A stretch of DNA of 51,449 nucleotides, the filler included, from Bipalium vagum (lineage: Eukaryota), in the NCBI GenBank assembly GCA_037834085.1. It is 2 parts of 2 records of this genome, joined end to end, with 100 filler letters (N's around TTAATTAATTAA, not from the genome) between each part and the next. Parts side by side here need not be neighbours in the genome. Positions count along the whole stretch, not along the records: positions 24,805 to 51,449 come from JBBMKC010137279.1; 1 more part is not named here. One strand, 5' to 3'. This document shows positions 36,801 to 49,129 of this stretch, one piece after another. How positions within the stretch are numbered: the first letter of the stretch is position 1; every line of letters starts with the position of its first letter. A program made the translations under genes and the position numbers. A model generated the notes under the pieces. That model did not search any database, had not been told where the DNA came from, and worked only from the letters and a program-made list of their open reading frames with translations.

Positions 36801-39800
36801 CCCATAAGAAAAGATTTTACATTCCTTTCCAGATTCGTTGAGGTAGATGTTTTTGAAAACACTTTTTACAGTTTCTTCAGCCAATAAATCGATACTACAA
36901 CAATTGCAAAGTTGATCACAAGTTAAGAGATCTTGTGAATATAAATCATCGGAAATAAAGGTTCTTTGACATTGTATACATTGGAGGTATTGGTTGTTTT
37001 GCTAAACAATTAACATAATTAGTTTTTTCTAATCCAATACTATCAATGCTTTTATTTTTTATTATATTTTATATTTTATATTAATTTAAAATATTGAAAT
37101 GAAAGGTTTATGAAAATATAGATTAGTTTGCACAAGCGCATAGATAAATAGTTATCTGTATTTATTACACTTTGAACAAAACGGGTACCTAGTCCACTTG
37201 TCTACTCTGAAGTAATATCATTCATTCATTTAAGGAAATACAAATTTTAAATTCATAATTTTTAACAAAGCTCGACTGGAAACAATGGATCTCGTAAAAG
37301 ATTTGTAAAACATCATTGTAAAACAGGTAATGAGACATTGGTTTATCAGTGCCATTTATAAACAATTCGACAAACAAGTGAATAGAGTGAAAAAAATGAA
37401 CCAACAAAAATAAAAAGTTCATCAAAGCCATTCCAAAATAAAGGTCATGTCGCCCAATTTTTGTAAATGTCGTGGTTTGGTCCATTAAGGATTTCTTCCC
37501 GTCGGTCAAACTGAAAAAAGGAATATTATTTACAAGCCATGTGTCATTTTAAAGAGCCAGTGCTTAAGAACGATTGGATTTATGTGTAAAAAATGTGGAT
37601 TTTGCACCACAATTATGCACTATCTTATACTGTTATGATTATTCGTGATTTTTTGATCAAAGATCAAATCATAAAAACCACTTCTCAAACTCCATATTAA
37701 CCTGATATGGATCCTTGTAACTTTTTTCTTTTTCTTCGTCTAAAGTCACCCTTTATTTGCATGGTTTAGATTCAGTAAAACAGATCCAAAGAAAATTTAT
37801 ACAATTCCTGAAGGATATTCAGGAAATAGAATATAAAAGGTGATTGGACAATTGAAAAAACGACGTATGTGTGTTTCAGTAACTGTAGATTACTTTGAAG
37901 GAGACACCATAAATTTTGATAAATAACTATTTTATAATTTATTTGAAAAATTTTGAAATATTTTATATTGAAGGTGCTGTGTTTCTTCATTATGAAAAGT
38001 TCAAATTTTATGGAACATTATGAATAAAGAAAGAAAGTGGTCTTTGTCAGACTTGCTATTCAGTAATTTATATAAAATAAAACTATGAGAAAAATTTCTT
38101 TTGTATCAGTAACACAATATAATTTAAAATATTGTTGATGAATTAGTCTACCATATCAAATAGAAATTGATTTCTAATATAATAAAAATAAATTAACATC
38201 GATTTACAATAGAATTTATATTTCAATATATTGATTGGTGATATTTATTTATTCTTATTTTGGGACATGACCAATAATATTATGGGTTGTCGAATTAATT
38301 CGAACCGTTTTAACGTCAATTAATTATTGATTATATTTTAACATAATAAGCTTGGAGTTATTTAAACTTTAGTTTGGAAATATTTTAAAAATCTTATCTT
38401 GATATTAAACGTTTGGAATTGTCATAAGCTGAAAAAAATAGATGATAATGAATTTGAGGTGAAAATCAACGCAGTTGTTAAATTTTGATAGAGCAACATT
38501 TTCTGTTCGCTTATCACCCATGGGAAAGATATAAAAAGAAAAAAGATAGTTACCACATGAACTGAAAGAAAGAAATTTGCAGAAATGGAAAAAACGATTA
38601 AAATCTTTCTTGAAAGGTAAAATAAAAAAAAATTTGCATCGGAAACGTAAAGGAGATATACAAGTTAACTTGTAATTAACGAAAACCCTGAAAAATATCA
38701 AATGTGCATGTTAGACCTTCGTATTAACTATATTATTTGTAATTAAAGAACCCTGTTAATATTGACGAAAACATCAACTTTGTAGTGATTTTTGTGAGTT
38801 TTACTGATTTATAAAAGAAATATATACCTATATATGATCTAAAAATAGATGATAAGAAAACTTAATGAGTAAAATGAACTGATCATTTTTCAACATAATG
38901 ATAAGATAATAATAATTGCGATGAAAACTGGAAAATAACGAGCCAGTAATTATTTCCTATGAAGAATTTTATAAGCACAGAAAAAAGAACAATGTTTTAT
39001 CGTAAAATGACCATAAGATATCGGAATGATATATTGTATAAAAGAAACAATTTCAAAAGAGGAGAAATGTCGAAAATTAACCATATTTTTGATTTTTTTA
39101 TTAAAAAAAGTTAATGTATTTAAATAACACCCTGTCACAATAACACAACTAAGTAAAAAGTACATATATTTTGTTAATAATATAATTGCGTAATATTGTT
39201 TGTGTTATTCTCTTTAACGAACACATGCAAAAATTGCGATCTTGGTTTTCGTTAATTATAAGTTTATCAGTACTTCCATAATAATAAACGAAGAAAGTCG
39301 AATCTGACCCAGGACAATCTTCCAAACGACACCAAAGAGGAATATGCACCGCAAGAAAGTAAATCGTCTTTAATGAAAATTAAAAACAACAATTTATAGA
39401 TTGAAGATGACATGGTATAGGATGTCATTTGAATTTCATCAAGGTAAAATAGCTGTAAAATTATTAAACCAAATATATCCGAATGATGTTGACATCAGAA
39501 AATGTCAGAGACACTTTTGTCGATTCTAAGTCGGAAATTTTGATTTAGGAGATGCTCTTAGATCTAGCAGGTCACCTGTTCTGTATACTGATGTTATACA
39601 TGGATAGATTAAAATAATCCATGTCAAACACCTGCTGGTTTGAGCTCACAATTAGAAATCAATATAAAAACAATTCGCTGACATCAAAGAAGATTGGTAA
39701 AGAAAGTAAGACGGCATATGAATTATTCCGAAAGTTAATAATAATGACAAAAAATAAAAATATTTCAATATGCAAAATGCTTATTTTCAAATAAGAAAAT

Positions 39801-42800
39801 GAAGACTTCCTGAATCATTTGATAATGTGTGACGAAAATGGTTTATTTACAACAACCCTTATTGTAAGAGGTAATGAATGTCTCTTTGCAATGACCAGCA
39901 ATTGAAAATGAGCCTCAGAATACAGATGTAGCTCAGTTCTGAATATCGAAGATTTAGTACAAATGATTTGCTCTCATGTTGTCCGAAGCGATGTTTATCA
40001 TTGACATCAAACAAGAATCAATGATTTTATAGTAAGACACGATGACATGATTCGATATTGACATCTCCAGGTGTTATCCATATAATTTTTTTTAATATTT
40101 CCTGCAATTTTATTAAATATATTTGATAATGTTAGTTGTTCATTTTTATTTTTTATGTGGTTCATTTTTTTTAATACAAGTATTGATTAGTTTTTAAATG
40201 TGTTTTATTTAATAATTTTTATTAACTTCTCTACCACATTTTTAGGAATGTTTAAATAATTTTACGTGACAATTTAATCAACTCAGTTCTCGAATGCTGA
40301 AATGTTGAGAGTGATTTTTTTTCCAATCACAACACAAGTATTGCAATGTATAAATCATACTTCAGTTATAACCTACATTGTAACTGAATTTTACGTAAGT
40401 AACATCAACTCAATCAGTAAAGTTAATACATCTTTACAGATAATATCTATAAAAATTGATTTGACATTCTTTTGTTGAAGTGAATGACCAGATTCATAAA
40501 TTGATTAATGATATAATGATATCTATCTTGAATACAATTAAAATAACAAAGGGTAATCATCTGGTCACATGTAGAACATGGCTTTCTTTATTATACGAAA
40601 TGTGAACAAACCCAATACGAAACTCACTTCCCCTCGTAAATTATTATATTATTATCCTTTATCACAAAAAGTGAAAAATGTTTTATTTAGCTCCAAATAT
40701 AACTTTCTAATTTTAGTTTTTATATTTTTATCAATTTTTATTATAGTAATAAAAATTACTAACTGGCTCCATTCTTAATTAAAACTTCAATAATTAATAG
40801 GAAATTCAAAAAAAATTTTAAAAATAAATGGAAAGTGTTAAAAAATTCGTTTTAATTATCTAAAATATATGAATTCTTAAAATTTTAAATATATAAATAA
40901 TTTAAATAAATAAATAAAATATATAATAATAATAAATAAATAAATTTAAATAATAAATAATTTAATAATAATTTATTAATAATAATAATTTAATAATCAA
41001 CTTTTATAACAAACGCAAAAGTAAAAAAAAATAATTTTTGAACATTATTAAAGCACGATAATTGAAAATAATTTTGTTTTAATGGATTTAATAAATCAAT
41101 TTCTTGAAAATTAGTACCACCATATTAAAAATAAAAATTAAATTACTTCATGAATTTTGGTTGATGAATAACAATTTCCCAGTAACAAGATTTAAATCAA
41201 TACTAAATGGTTTATGAGCTTAAATAAGGTCGAATTAAACCTGCTACTAAAATATCAATGAAGTCTATTGGAAAGTGTACAGTACCCAGGGGTTCTTCGA
41301 TCTGGAAACAGCTCAGAGGACATCGAAAATTATAGTCAATAGTTATGTATTGAAGAACATTATCGAAATTCAAAATTTGGATCAATCCAAAGGTTTGAAA
41401 TATATTCGTCATTCGATGAAATGAGTCATCTTTGAATGGATAATACATGCTAATACGCAACACACAAATGAGATTCGAAACAAAGACTTCAACCAAGGAA
41501 AGTATTCATGAGATTGTGAACCAATTCGATTTTTTCAATTGTTTTCACTTTTAATAATGCTTTTGAACAAAGAATCCTCCATATAACAATTTTCTTCAGC
41601 AGCAGGAACATGATACTGTTTTTGCAGCACAAGTCGAAATACAATGCATCTTATTTCCAACTTGTCTTTCAAAGTAGATTGACAAGGTCCATTGCTATTC
41701 AACTTTGTTCAGATATCTCTTTGATTGTTTGCATTATATTTTTTCATTTTTCAATTTATTCGTCCTCGGGAACAATGCCCATCTTCCACTGATTCTTGTC
41801 TTTTTTAATGAGCTTGTACCAATGGTAAATCTGTGCTTGGGTCATCCATTGATCACGGAAGCATTTCTGCTTCATTTCCATTGGTCTGGAACACAACATA
41901 TCGTTCCTCTGATAAAATTTAATATAAATCCTTTAATACAAAATCACTTGTTGAATGGTGCTACAAATTGATTCGATATATTTACAAATGTCTCAAAAAA
42001 GGATATAAAATTGTTTGAACATCATTATGGTAATGGTCACCTTGAATACCATGCAAAAGACCTATACTGCCAAGATTTCTTTCTCAGTCCGAAATTGTCT
42101 TTTAATCAGTTCAGTAATGAAGGTTCAAAAAGTCTATCAAAAAGGAATTTTCGGAAATTTCATTATTTGGAATTTTAAGTGATATTTTCTCCGATCTTCT
42201 TGAAAACATAAGTAAATGGTAAATGGAAATATCAAAAATAAATATAACAATATATGACACAATTCATAAGCATAAAAAAATACTTTAAAAGGAAACATCC
42301 TTCTAAGAATTATAACCATTTCCAAATGATGCTGTATAAGAATTTTAAAAATAATAAAGGATTTCACAGTTTTGAAAGGTGTCACAATAATGAGTTATTG
42401 GTGGTGAGTTGCGTAAAAGGTACAATGTCATGGAAACGGAAAAATTATATACAGAAAATATTTGAATATTAAAATTTTTATGGATTGCAAACCGATAGGT
42501 GTTAATATAATTCATATGATTATTTTTAATTTTCTGTTAAAAGTGGAATAGCTTTGCCCAAGTCCAATAATTTAATCATTTCATACTATACATTGAGGAA
42601 AACTAGAGAAAATATATAATTCTTTGAGTACAAATTATTAATAAGGTTTTTTTATAAATTGTTGACTTTTAGGTTTATATATCCCTTTACTGACAAACAA
42701 CTACTTTCAAAGTATTTTTAATTCAGGATAATAATAATTATTAATTATATAATAATAATAATATCTGTTGAGGAAATTTGTTAATTTTAATTATATTATA

Positions 42801-43388
42801 TAACTGTTTTGATGAAAATTTTTTATTTTAAAAATTATACAAAATAGATAAATAAAAATAGAATTTATTTTACTTTAAATAAAAATTTTTATTATGTAAA
42901 AATATTTTTAATTTTAAAGTTCTGAAATATTTTAAAATAAAATGAAACAAAAATATAAATTTACAAAATTCTTAAATGTTTATTTTTATTAATAATTTGT
43001 GGTTTCCTAATTAGATATGGTGATTAAATTAATTATCTATTAATTAATTTATATTTTTTTTAATTATATTTCTAATATGAAAATAAAGATAATAGCAGCT
43101 CACCTCGAATTTATTTTCTGACTGATTGTTGCATCTAGATGAAATGAGTTTATTTATATATTGTTATTAACGGAATTCAATTTACTCGCTGGAAATGTTA
43201 TAATGCAATTCGTGGGCACGGGGCATTCTTAAGCTGTTGACTGTTGGATTTTCTATTACACTGAACATTTGATATTGCTCTTGGCTGTTAAAATTCATAT
43301 CACTTCTATATATTAGATTTATCTATAAAGATATAAATATAATAATAATAAAAATAATACTGACAGCTACTTACGCAGTCTCATTCAT
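27755..43388 (-). CDS. MLCK/DAPK-type Ca2+/calmodulin-regulated Ser/Thr kinase, ~589 aa. Exons 43388-43375, 43305-43186, 43134-43104, 37001-36395, 36289-36226, 36178-35960, 30910-30572, 30525-30346, 28009-27877, 27817-27755
   Basis: GT-AG, phase-consistent exons totalling 1770 nt. Motifs: GNGKFGKV, CAVK, NEIEIL, ITEYLGGGELYDQI, HRDIKPEN, KIIDFGFA, FVAPEV, TDMWSAGV, AKDFISKLL, KRMTANECLNHSWL, then an MLCK-like CaM-binding segment MKNYVAIHKWQKVAMAIHTINNF. The first three exons rest only on splice signals and an open frame. Confidence 0.88.
27877..28009 (-). CDS. Kinase exon (KRMTANECLNHSWL...HKWQ)
   Basis: tatag/gttatt; subdomain XI and autoinhibitory segment. Confidence 0.88.
28163..29396 (-). 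mobile_element. Near full-length mariner (DD34D) element, inactive
   Basis: TA-flanked ~28-bp TIRs (TGAAGTACGCTCATTACGTACTTAGACT / AGTCTAAGTACTTAATGGACGCACCACG). Transposase from ATG 29240: MTDKVEFRILIKFL, FLNSIITVDET, TMFWDMKG, LHDNAPIH, STDLASSNF, with stops and frameshifts. Confidence 0.92.
30346..30525 (-). CDS. Kinase exon (LVGITPFE...AKDFISKLLIRNP)
   Basis: tttag/gtaaaa; 180 nt; subdomains IX-XI. Confidence 0.9.
30572..30910 (-). CDS. Kinase exon (LGGGELYDQI...HRDIKPEN...DFG...APE...DMWSAGV)
   Basis: tgcag/gtaact; contains ORF 30568-30864. Confidence 0.95.
32350..33160 (+). mobile_element. Tigger/pogo-like (CENP-B HTH) remnant
   Basis: PLSQTIIVSQ.RHLFAELKIENSNMSK...RLKKRIGIKARKVQ resembles the CENP-B HTH end; acidic C-terminal ORF 32911-33159. 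Confidence 0.5.
34075..35820 (-). mobile_element. Near full-length pogo (DD35D, POGK/Passer-like) transposon, inactive
   Basis: TIR core AGTTTCGCGAAAGTAA at both ends. Transposase from 35575: MHKRMSYTV (Brinker-like), PELEDKLASWV...CSDAWINKF (CENP-B HTH), MHETPVY, LLIMDQYGSH...FQSLDV with 35 residues between the Asp residues. Confidence 0.9.
35960..36178 (-). CDS. Kinase exon (GKFGKV...CAVK...ITE)
   Basis: tttag/gtaaat; subdomains I-V. Confidence 0.92.
36226..36289 (-). CDS. Kinase exon (VKIHNGFQLAHFYVEEENVG)
   Basis: tttag/gtatgt; supplies the first Gly of GxGxxG. Confidence 0.85.
36395..37001 (-). CDS. Kinase N-terminal exon: Cys cluster plus N/S/E-rich linker
   Basis: tttag/gtaaag; 607 nt open; includes ORF 36336-36884. 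Confidence 0.82.
37240..38025 (+). mobile_element. mariner remnant
   Basis: WILHHNYALSYT...TPY*PDMDPCNFFLFLRLKSPF at ~37595-37755. Confidence 0.78.
39420..39890 (+). mobile_element. mariner N-terminal remnant
   Basis: FEFHQGK...RKCQRHFCRF*VGNFDLGDALRSSRS and ENEDFLNHLIMCDE. Confidence 0.75.
41500..41945 (-). mobile_element. mariner N-terminal remnant
   Basis: RIYIKFYQRNDMLCSRPMEMKQKCFRDQWMTQAQIYHWYKL...SVEDGHCS matches the mariner HTH region. Confidence 0.72.
43104..43388 (-). CDS. Kinase putative first three exons (MNETA-SDMNFNSQEQ...ISSE-CNNQSENKFE)
   Basis: Exons of 14, 120 and 31 nt with donors gtaagt, gtaaat and gtgagc, separated by 69- and 51-nt introns. Open and in phase with exon 37001. 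Confidence 0.65.
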
Positions 43389-43774
43389 TACTATCAAATT
43401 ATGTAGCAAATGCATACATACACTAATTTATCAACATAATATTAAAATAATATAAATTATTATATTAAAATTATAATAAACCTTGTAATTACTATCGGTA
43501 TTATTATCTGTATCTCCAGTCTATTAAATTTTATTATTAAAAGTATTATCAAAAAGTTGCAGAACATATAATTAACAGATAAAGATAACTTCAGATAAAA
43601 TTGAAAAGTTGTTTGACATGTTAACGTTGATTTAAATTATTTTTTTATTATGAATATCAAAAAGTATTACGGAGACAGGTAAAAATCTATATAATTCGCA
43701 TGAATTTGAAGGAAATCATTAAAAATTATATATATTAGTAAATAAGACATTTATTTAACATTAAAGCCAATCAT

Positions 43775-43967
43775 TTTCAAAATGACCACGATGAACATTT
43801 ATACAGAGATTAAAACGCTTAATAAAACTTTCAGCTGCTGTTTACAACATTTCTGAAGGCACTTCATTCCAAGACTTTATTATGCCATTGTGTAATGTGT
43901 TCAAATTTTGGTGTGCTATTTAGCAAGCCATAGTCTCCAAATATCCCTAAACAAATTAGTCCATTGT
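43775..43967 (-). mobile_element. maT/Tc1-like C-terminal remnant
   Basis: GYLETMAC*IAHQNLNTLHNGIIKSWNEVP...ESFIKRFNLCINVHRGHFE. Confidence 0.7.
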
Positions 43968-45759
43968 CCCTTAGGAAGCGACAATCAATGACAAACGTGT
44001 CATTTGACTGGCAGAGATAAAACAGATATAAAAGAATGTACAATAGTCCACAAAAGGAAAATCATTGAGAGCAACTAGTTAAAGATATTAACCATTATTA
44101 AAAACTATCAAACGGTTATTTGATGGTGAAACATTTTAGGTAAGATATCTAATGAAAATAATAACAGTAAGCTCTATGATACACAACTAATCCCCAGCGA
44201 AAGATATGTAACTGACAATGCAGGAGTTTGTTGAATCCCAGTCGTTAGTGAGAGTGTTTCATTATTTGTTTGCTTTTTTGAGATTTAATCAGTGATAATT
44301 TCAGTGATAATTGATTTACATTTTAAAAAGTCGATTGGTATTTTTGTCTTAATTAATTAAAATTGTTGATAATTGATTATTATTCTTATTTTTCTTTGTA
44401 TATTTGATTTATTATTTTATTGTAGCAGAAATCGTTATAACAATAAAGTTTTGTCATTTGAACGGGAAAAGAACTATTTCTCACTCTAGTAGAAAAAGAG
44501 TGAGATTTAAACTTAGATTATAGTGTTAACTTTCGATCAATTCATTGAAAATTAAGAAACTCTGAAAAACCGTAGATTCATACTTGTACTAAATCATTTA
44601 ATTTCTTACATTTAAAATATGAAAATAAAACCAATTATAATTATTACTTAATGTTATTTGATATTCTCTTATCAATTTTAAGGTATTCACGAACGTAGTC
44701 CTCATGATTAGATTGGAAAAAATAATATTAAAAAATTCATTAACTCTGATCATTTTTATAAACTTCAGTAACAGTTATGTCTATTTCAAGAACTTACGTA
44801 TTAAATTATTTTATGACTAAATAAGTGCTTTAAAATTACTTTTCTGATTCTTGGTCGGCCCATCGATATAAACTCAGAAACTATTTTGCAGGGTTTGTTA
44901 AAGAATTAGTTTTAATAATCAAAATCCATTTTAAAAAAGGAATTACTTTTTCTATAATATTATTTTGTTTATTTCCGAGTAGATTTAATATTAATTTATA
45001 AAAGGCTCTGACTTTTAAGAGATTTAAAATTATCTTTCTTTCTCTTTTCCTTGAAGTACAAGTATAATTAATAAATTGTCATTTTTAGTGCAAACATTCA
45101 AGGGTTTAACCTATTAACGATGTATACCAAATTACTTGAATTAATTTAATTTTTATTCATAATTAAAATTTAATTATTTATGAAAATAATCTTAATAAAA
45201 ACATCTGACATAAAGTGGTAATTCAACTTCAATTGATTCTTTCAGGTTTAGTAAAGGTAATTACAAGTTGGTTAGTAAGACCTGGTCAAAAATTATTATT
45301 ATCATTTTTGTCAATCAAAAAATAATAATTGTTATGCAAATAATACACTATTTATTGAATTTCTAAAGTAATAATGAAAAGTATTGTTAAAACATAAATA
45401 ATATAAAATAGTTTAAAAATATTCTAATTATTTTTGATGAAACATAAAACCATCGGTTATTTCACTGGGTTTCTTGAATGTTCCTTTTTATGGTTTCAAC
45501 AGTCTATGGCTTAATTAATCATGTGAAGGATGCTTGAGATTGGTTTATGATCCATTTTCTTTTTTGGTTTAAAAATTTATTTGTATAAAAGATTTTCTGA
45601 TAAAAAAAATTTAGTTCATAATCTATCAATTAAGATTCAACTGAAGACGTGGTGAACCTGGTGAAATATAGTGATCATGATTTCTGATATAAAAACATTA
45701 CATTACAGCCTTACAATACAGCCTTCATAAAAATATGATATAGTTTCGTTTACATATTA

Positions 45760-46395
45760 CCGTATTTTCCGGTAGATAACGCGCGATTTATACATACAAA
45801 AATATTCCATTTTTTGAAAAAACTAAGTGCAACAAGAATTGTGATTGTGCAATCATTTATTACGTCAATATTAAAATAAAAATGCAAAATAAAAACTAAA
45901 TTATATAAATTTTTATTAAATTAAAATTCATTCTTTAAACCCATCACAATCATCGTCAGATGAAATAAACTGTAAAGATTCCAAAGATCTTTAGATTTCT
46001 CTGAGTAAGTCAGATATTTCTTGTCTATCTTCATCCAGTCCAATTTCAAAAGTCAATTCTTTTCCAAAGGATAAATTAAAGCCTTAATAATACATGATTT
46101 TTCTACTTCATTATACCGGCTTTCAGCAATTCAGTTACATATGCCACTATAGCTTATTCTTTTTATCCTACCACTTTTTTTATATTCATGTGCTTCTGCG
46201 ATCATCCAATCTTCCCTTTTTCTTTAAATGATCTATTGGTGGAAGTTTCGAACCATCGTATGTTATTCCTAAGACAACTATAAAATTTTTTTTTTCGTGC
46301 CCAGTTTTTGCAACTGTGATCTCTTTCGTGTCTTTTAAATTAATCGTTCTTGACTTGGGAAGGTTAAAACTAATGATGTTAAATTTTACATACAT
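45760..46395 (-). mobile_element. pogo (POGK-like) remnant with one TIR
   Basis: TA|CCGTATTTTCCGG terminus; FNLPKSRTI...KTGHEKKNFIVVLGITYDGSKLPP. Confidence 0.8.
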
Positions 46396-47738
46396 ATTTA
46401 CAACGAACTTAAATAATAAAGATAATATGGATAATACTCAACTAAAAAAGACAATCTATTACTTTGGATATTATTAAACAGGTAAGAAAAGATTTCAGTA
46501 AAAAAATTTCTGTTAAATCTATTTCGGAAAATGAACCGATATTTGTCTTCCAGCTACATATTATTTAGTGGATAAAATTACCAAAGTATGGACCGATGGA
46601 CAAATTATAAGTCCTTAGAAAGGAAGAAAAGGGATTACGAATTCAGAAATAAAGAATAATCTATCCCAAATATTTATTAAGGATTCATTATACAACCAAA
46701 AAGAATTAGCTGATGAATTACCAATTAGTGGTATATTTATATTTGAATACCTTTTAATATATTTATATGCATAAAACTGTATTATTGGTATTTAAATAAC
46801 TATAAACAGATCCTTCGTCCATTACCGTTATATATTTACTTCTTGCTAATATCTGTACTAAATGGAAGAGTCTTCTTGAATTTGGGAGTAGAAAATATAT
46901 TAGGCAGTTTCTTCTATCATTTTTGGTGACAATGTAACATTTGAATCGATTTTGGATTTTAGATTTGAACTACCGTTAGTATTGAAGCTTGGATCATTCT
47001 CTTCTTTTACCGAATAATTGTGGTAGACCATCATTTTATTAGATCATCAAAGTACTTTAAAAATACTTCAATAAATAAATATTAAAAATAATAAGTGCCG
47101 AAATCTAAGCAATAAATTTATAAATAATAAATATATCCCCGAACAAAACCCCTTTAAACAAACCCCATTACCATACACACTGTGATAATGAAATGAGATT
47201 TTATAAATTGAAGTAGAAACAGTTCTAATAATAAAAAATTTAAAAAGTTAAAATAGAATGAAAATTAAATAATCATATAACACAATCATATGGATATGGT
47301 ACACGTGAATGTATGCTATACCATCGGTATTTTGATTTAAACATTAGAAATATCTTGAATGTCACTTTGTTAGTGATTTTTTTTTCAAGTTTGATTTCTG
47401 CTAAAAAGAAATAATATTGGTCCACTTCTCAAGGAATGTGCAGCATCAAATATTGAGTACCATGTTACAAGAATCCTGAGATCCATGTAGAACTGTGATA
47501 CTCCCCGATGTCGACCAAGCTGAGCTTAGAAGGCTGAAGCAAAATTCTCCTATAGCTGAAGACCTCAGCTGACAAAGATCCATGCAGATCCACTGTGTCC
47601 TGAAGAAAGAATCACCAAATTATTTTTATTGAATAAATTTTAAAAGTTTATTTTTATGCTTCAAAACTCTCTTATATAAGTTATTGTAATTACTTAATTA
47701 AGAACGTTCTCATCTGGAAAATACATCGCGTAAGAGGT

Positions 47739-47829
47739 AAGATAGCAGATCTCCACCTATTTTGTTAAAATCGGATATTAGACTCAGGAAATTGATATAA
47801 GTAACTCTCGAGTAGATGGAAGCTATCTT
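47739..47829. repeat. Imperfect inverted repeat (MITE-like hairpin) downstream of the TRAF-like gene
   Basis: AAGATAGC..TCCACCTATT / AGTAGATGGA.GCTATCTT. Confidence 0.5.
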
Positions 47830-48136
47830 TTTCTTATTTATTAAAAATTACTATTATCATAAATATCATAGTAAATCAAAGTTTATGGATAGCACGATAT
47901 TTATTTGAGTTGAATATTATTACTACATCCTGATAAATCTTACGATTTATTTAATATATAATCATTACTCAAACTCTCCCTATATTGATAAACAAAATTA
48001 TTATTATCTTGTTCTTTTTTTAAAGACAAAAGAATTTATAAACATGTATTATATTTTAATTAATCTAATAAATAATTATATGAAAATATTCTGCTTTCAA
48101 TTCCTTTAGATTATGCCTCGCTTTATACGGCTTACA

Positions 48137-49129
48137 CTACAATAACTTAATTTTTATATAGATCATATCATTTCTAATAAATTCTGAAATGAAGTCATTA
48201 TTCGCACCCTTTATATAGCAAATATCAATAAATTCACTCAAACCCCAACCCCCAAGACATGGAGAAATATATTTCGGCCTAATCCAATATCCATACTCAT
48301 CAGGATCGCAAGGATGTGGCTTTAAGATTTTTGTTATACTTTTATCTTCCTCAACTTGATTTAATAGTGTGAAACTGATTTCATTTTTGAAAGGCCAAGT
48401 GAGTAAATCATCAAAATCCCCTTCAACTAATTTAACATAAATGCCAATGTAATTCTGGGAAAATCCAATTTTCGTGCACATCCTATAACCTATGTGACTT
48501 GTGTAAAAAGGGTCGGACCACTCTTCTATCTCTTCGGATAGCTTTCGATAAAATTTGTCAACAACATAAATATAAACATTTGGTTTAGAAATAGCTTTGA
48601 AATCATCTCTTAATGTTGACTTGCAAAGATACTTTTCCGAATCTTTATTCTGTAAAACCATCGATCTGTGGGATTTTTCAGAAGTCTTGGTAAAACATTT
48701 ATCCAGATCAGGAGTACTGATGATTTCTGTTATATCCTTAATAGGCGACATACAATTCAAGGAGCTCTCTGCCGATGTATTAGTGATTAATGGGATGGTC
48801 TTGTTATCGTTGTTCATATTCTCCGTGAAATTCTTTGGTTTCTCTGCAACCGATTGACTGCTCTTTTGGCAGCTTTTAATTGTCCTCATGACATCATTAA
48901 GATTGTACTGGATAGAATTTTGAGAAAGTACCGACTTTTCTAATTGACGAGCCAGGTTGTTTATGGCTGTTGTTAACTCACTGTTTTCCTTGCAACAAAG
49001 ATGAGAATCGTTGATTCCCTTCATTAGACTTTTTATTTCAACTTTAACTAATTTTTGTTCTTCAAAAAATTCCAAATATTTTTCGGTTTTTAAAAAAAGA
49101 TCTTCAAACAATGAAGAATTTATTGTCAT
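48137..49129 (-). CDS. TRAF-like protein (coiled coil + linker + C-terminal MATH/TRAF domain, no RING or zinc fingers), 330 aa, intronless
   Basis: MATH motifs WSDPFYTSHIGYRMC, GDFDDLLTWPF, ISFTLLNQ, GWGLSEFI, FIRNDMIYIKI. An in-frame TGA lies three codons upstream of the ATG. Confidence 0.92.
   Translation of the reverse strand: MTINSSLFEDLFLKTEKYLEFFEEQKLVKVEIKSLMKGINDSHLCCKENSELTTAINNLARQLEKSVLSQNSIQYNLNDVMRTIKSCQKSSQSVAEKPKNFTENMNNDNKTIPLITNTSAESSLNCMSPIKDITEIISTPDLDKCFTKTSEKSHRSMVLQNKDSEKYLCKSTLRDDFKAISKPNVYIYVVDKFYRKLSEEIEEWSDPFYTSHIGYRMCTKIGFSQNYIGIYVKLVEGDFDDLLTWPFKNEISFTLLNQVEEDKSITKILKPHPCDPDEYGYWIRPKYISPCLGGWGLSEFIDICYIKGANNDFISEFIRNDMIYIKIKLL

Noticed and set aside
45624-45672. 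Hammerhead-like core CTGAAGA-cgtggtgaacctggt-GAAA-tata
   Set aside because: Stem II has two mismatches, stem I pairs poorly and there is no clear NUH site. At best a dead relic, not supportable without a covariance-model hit.
46800-47035. Short minus-strand S/N-rich frame (MMVYHNYSVKEENDPS...) as a TRAF-linker pseudogene
   Set aside because: Only compositional similarity, and it stops after 44 codons.
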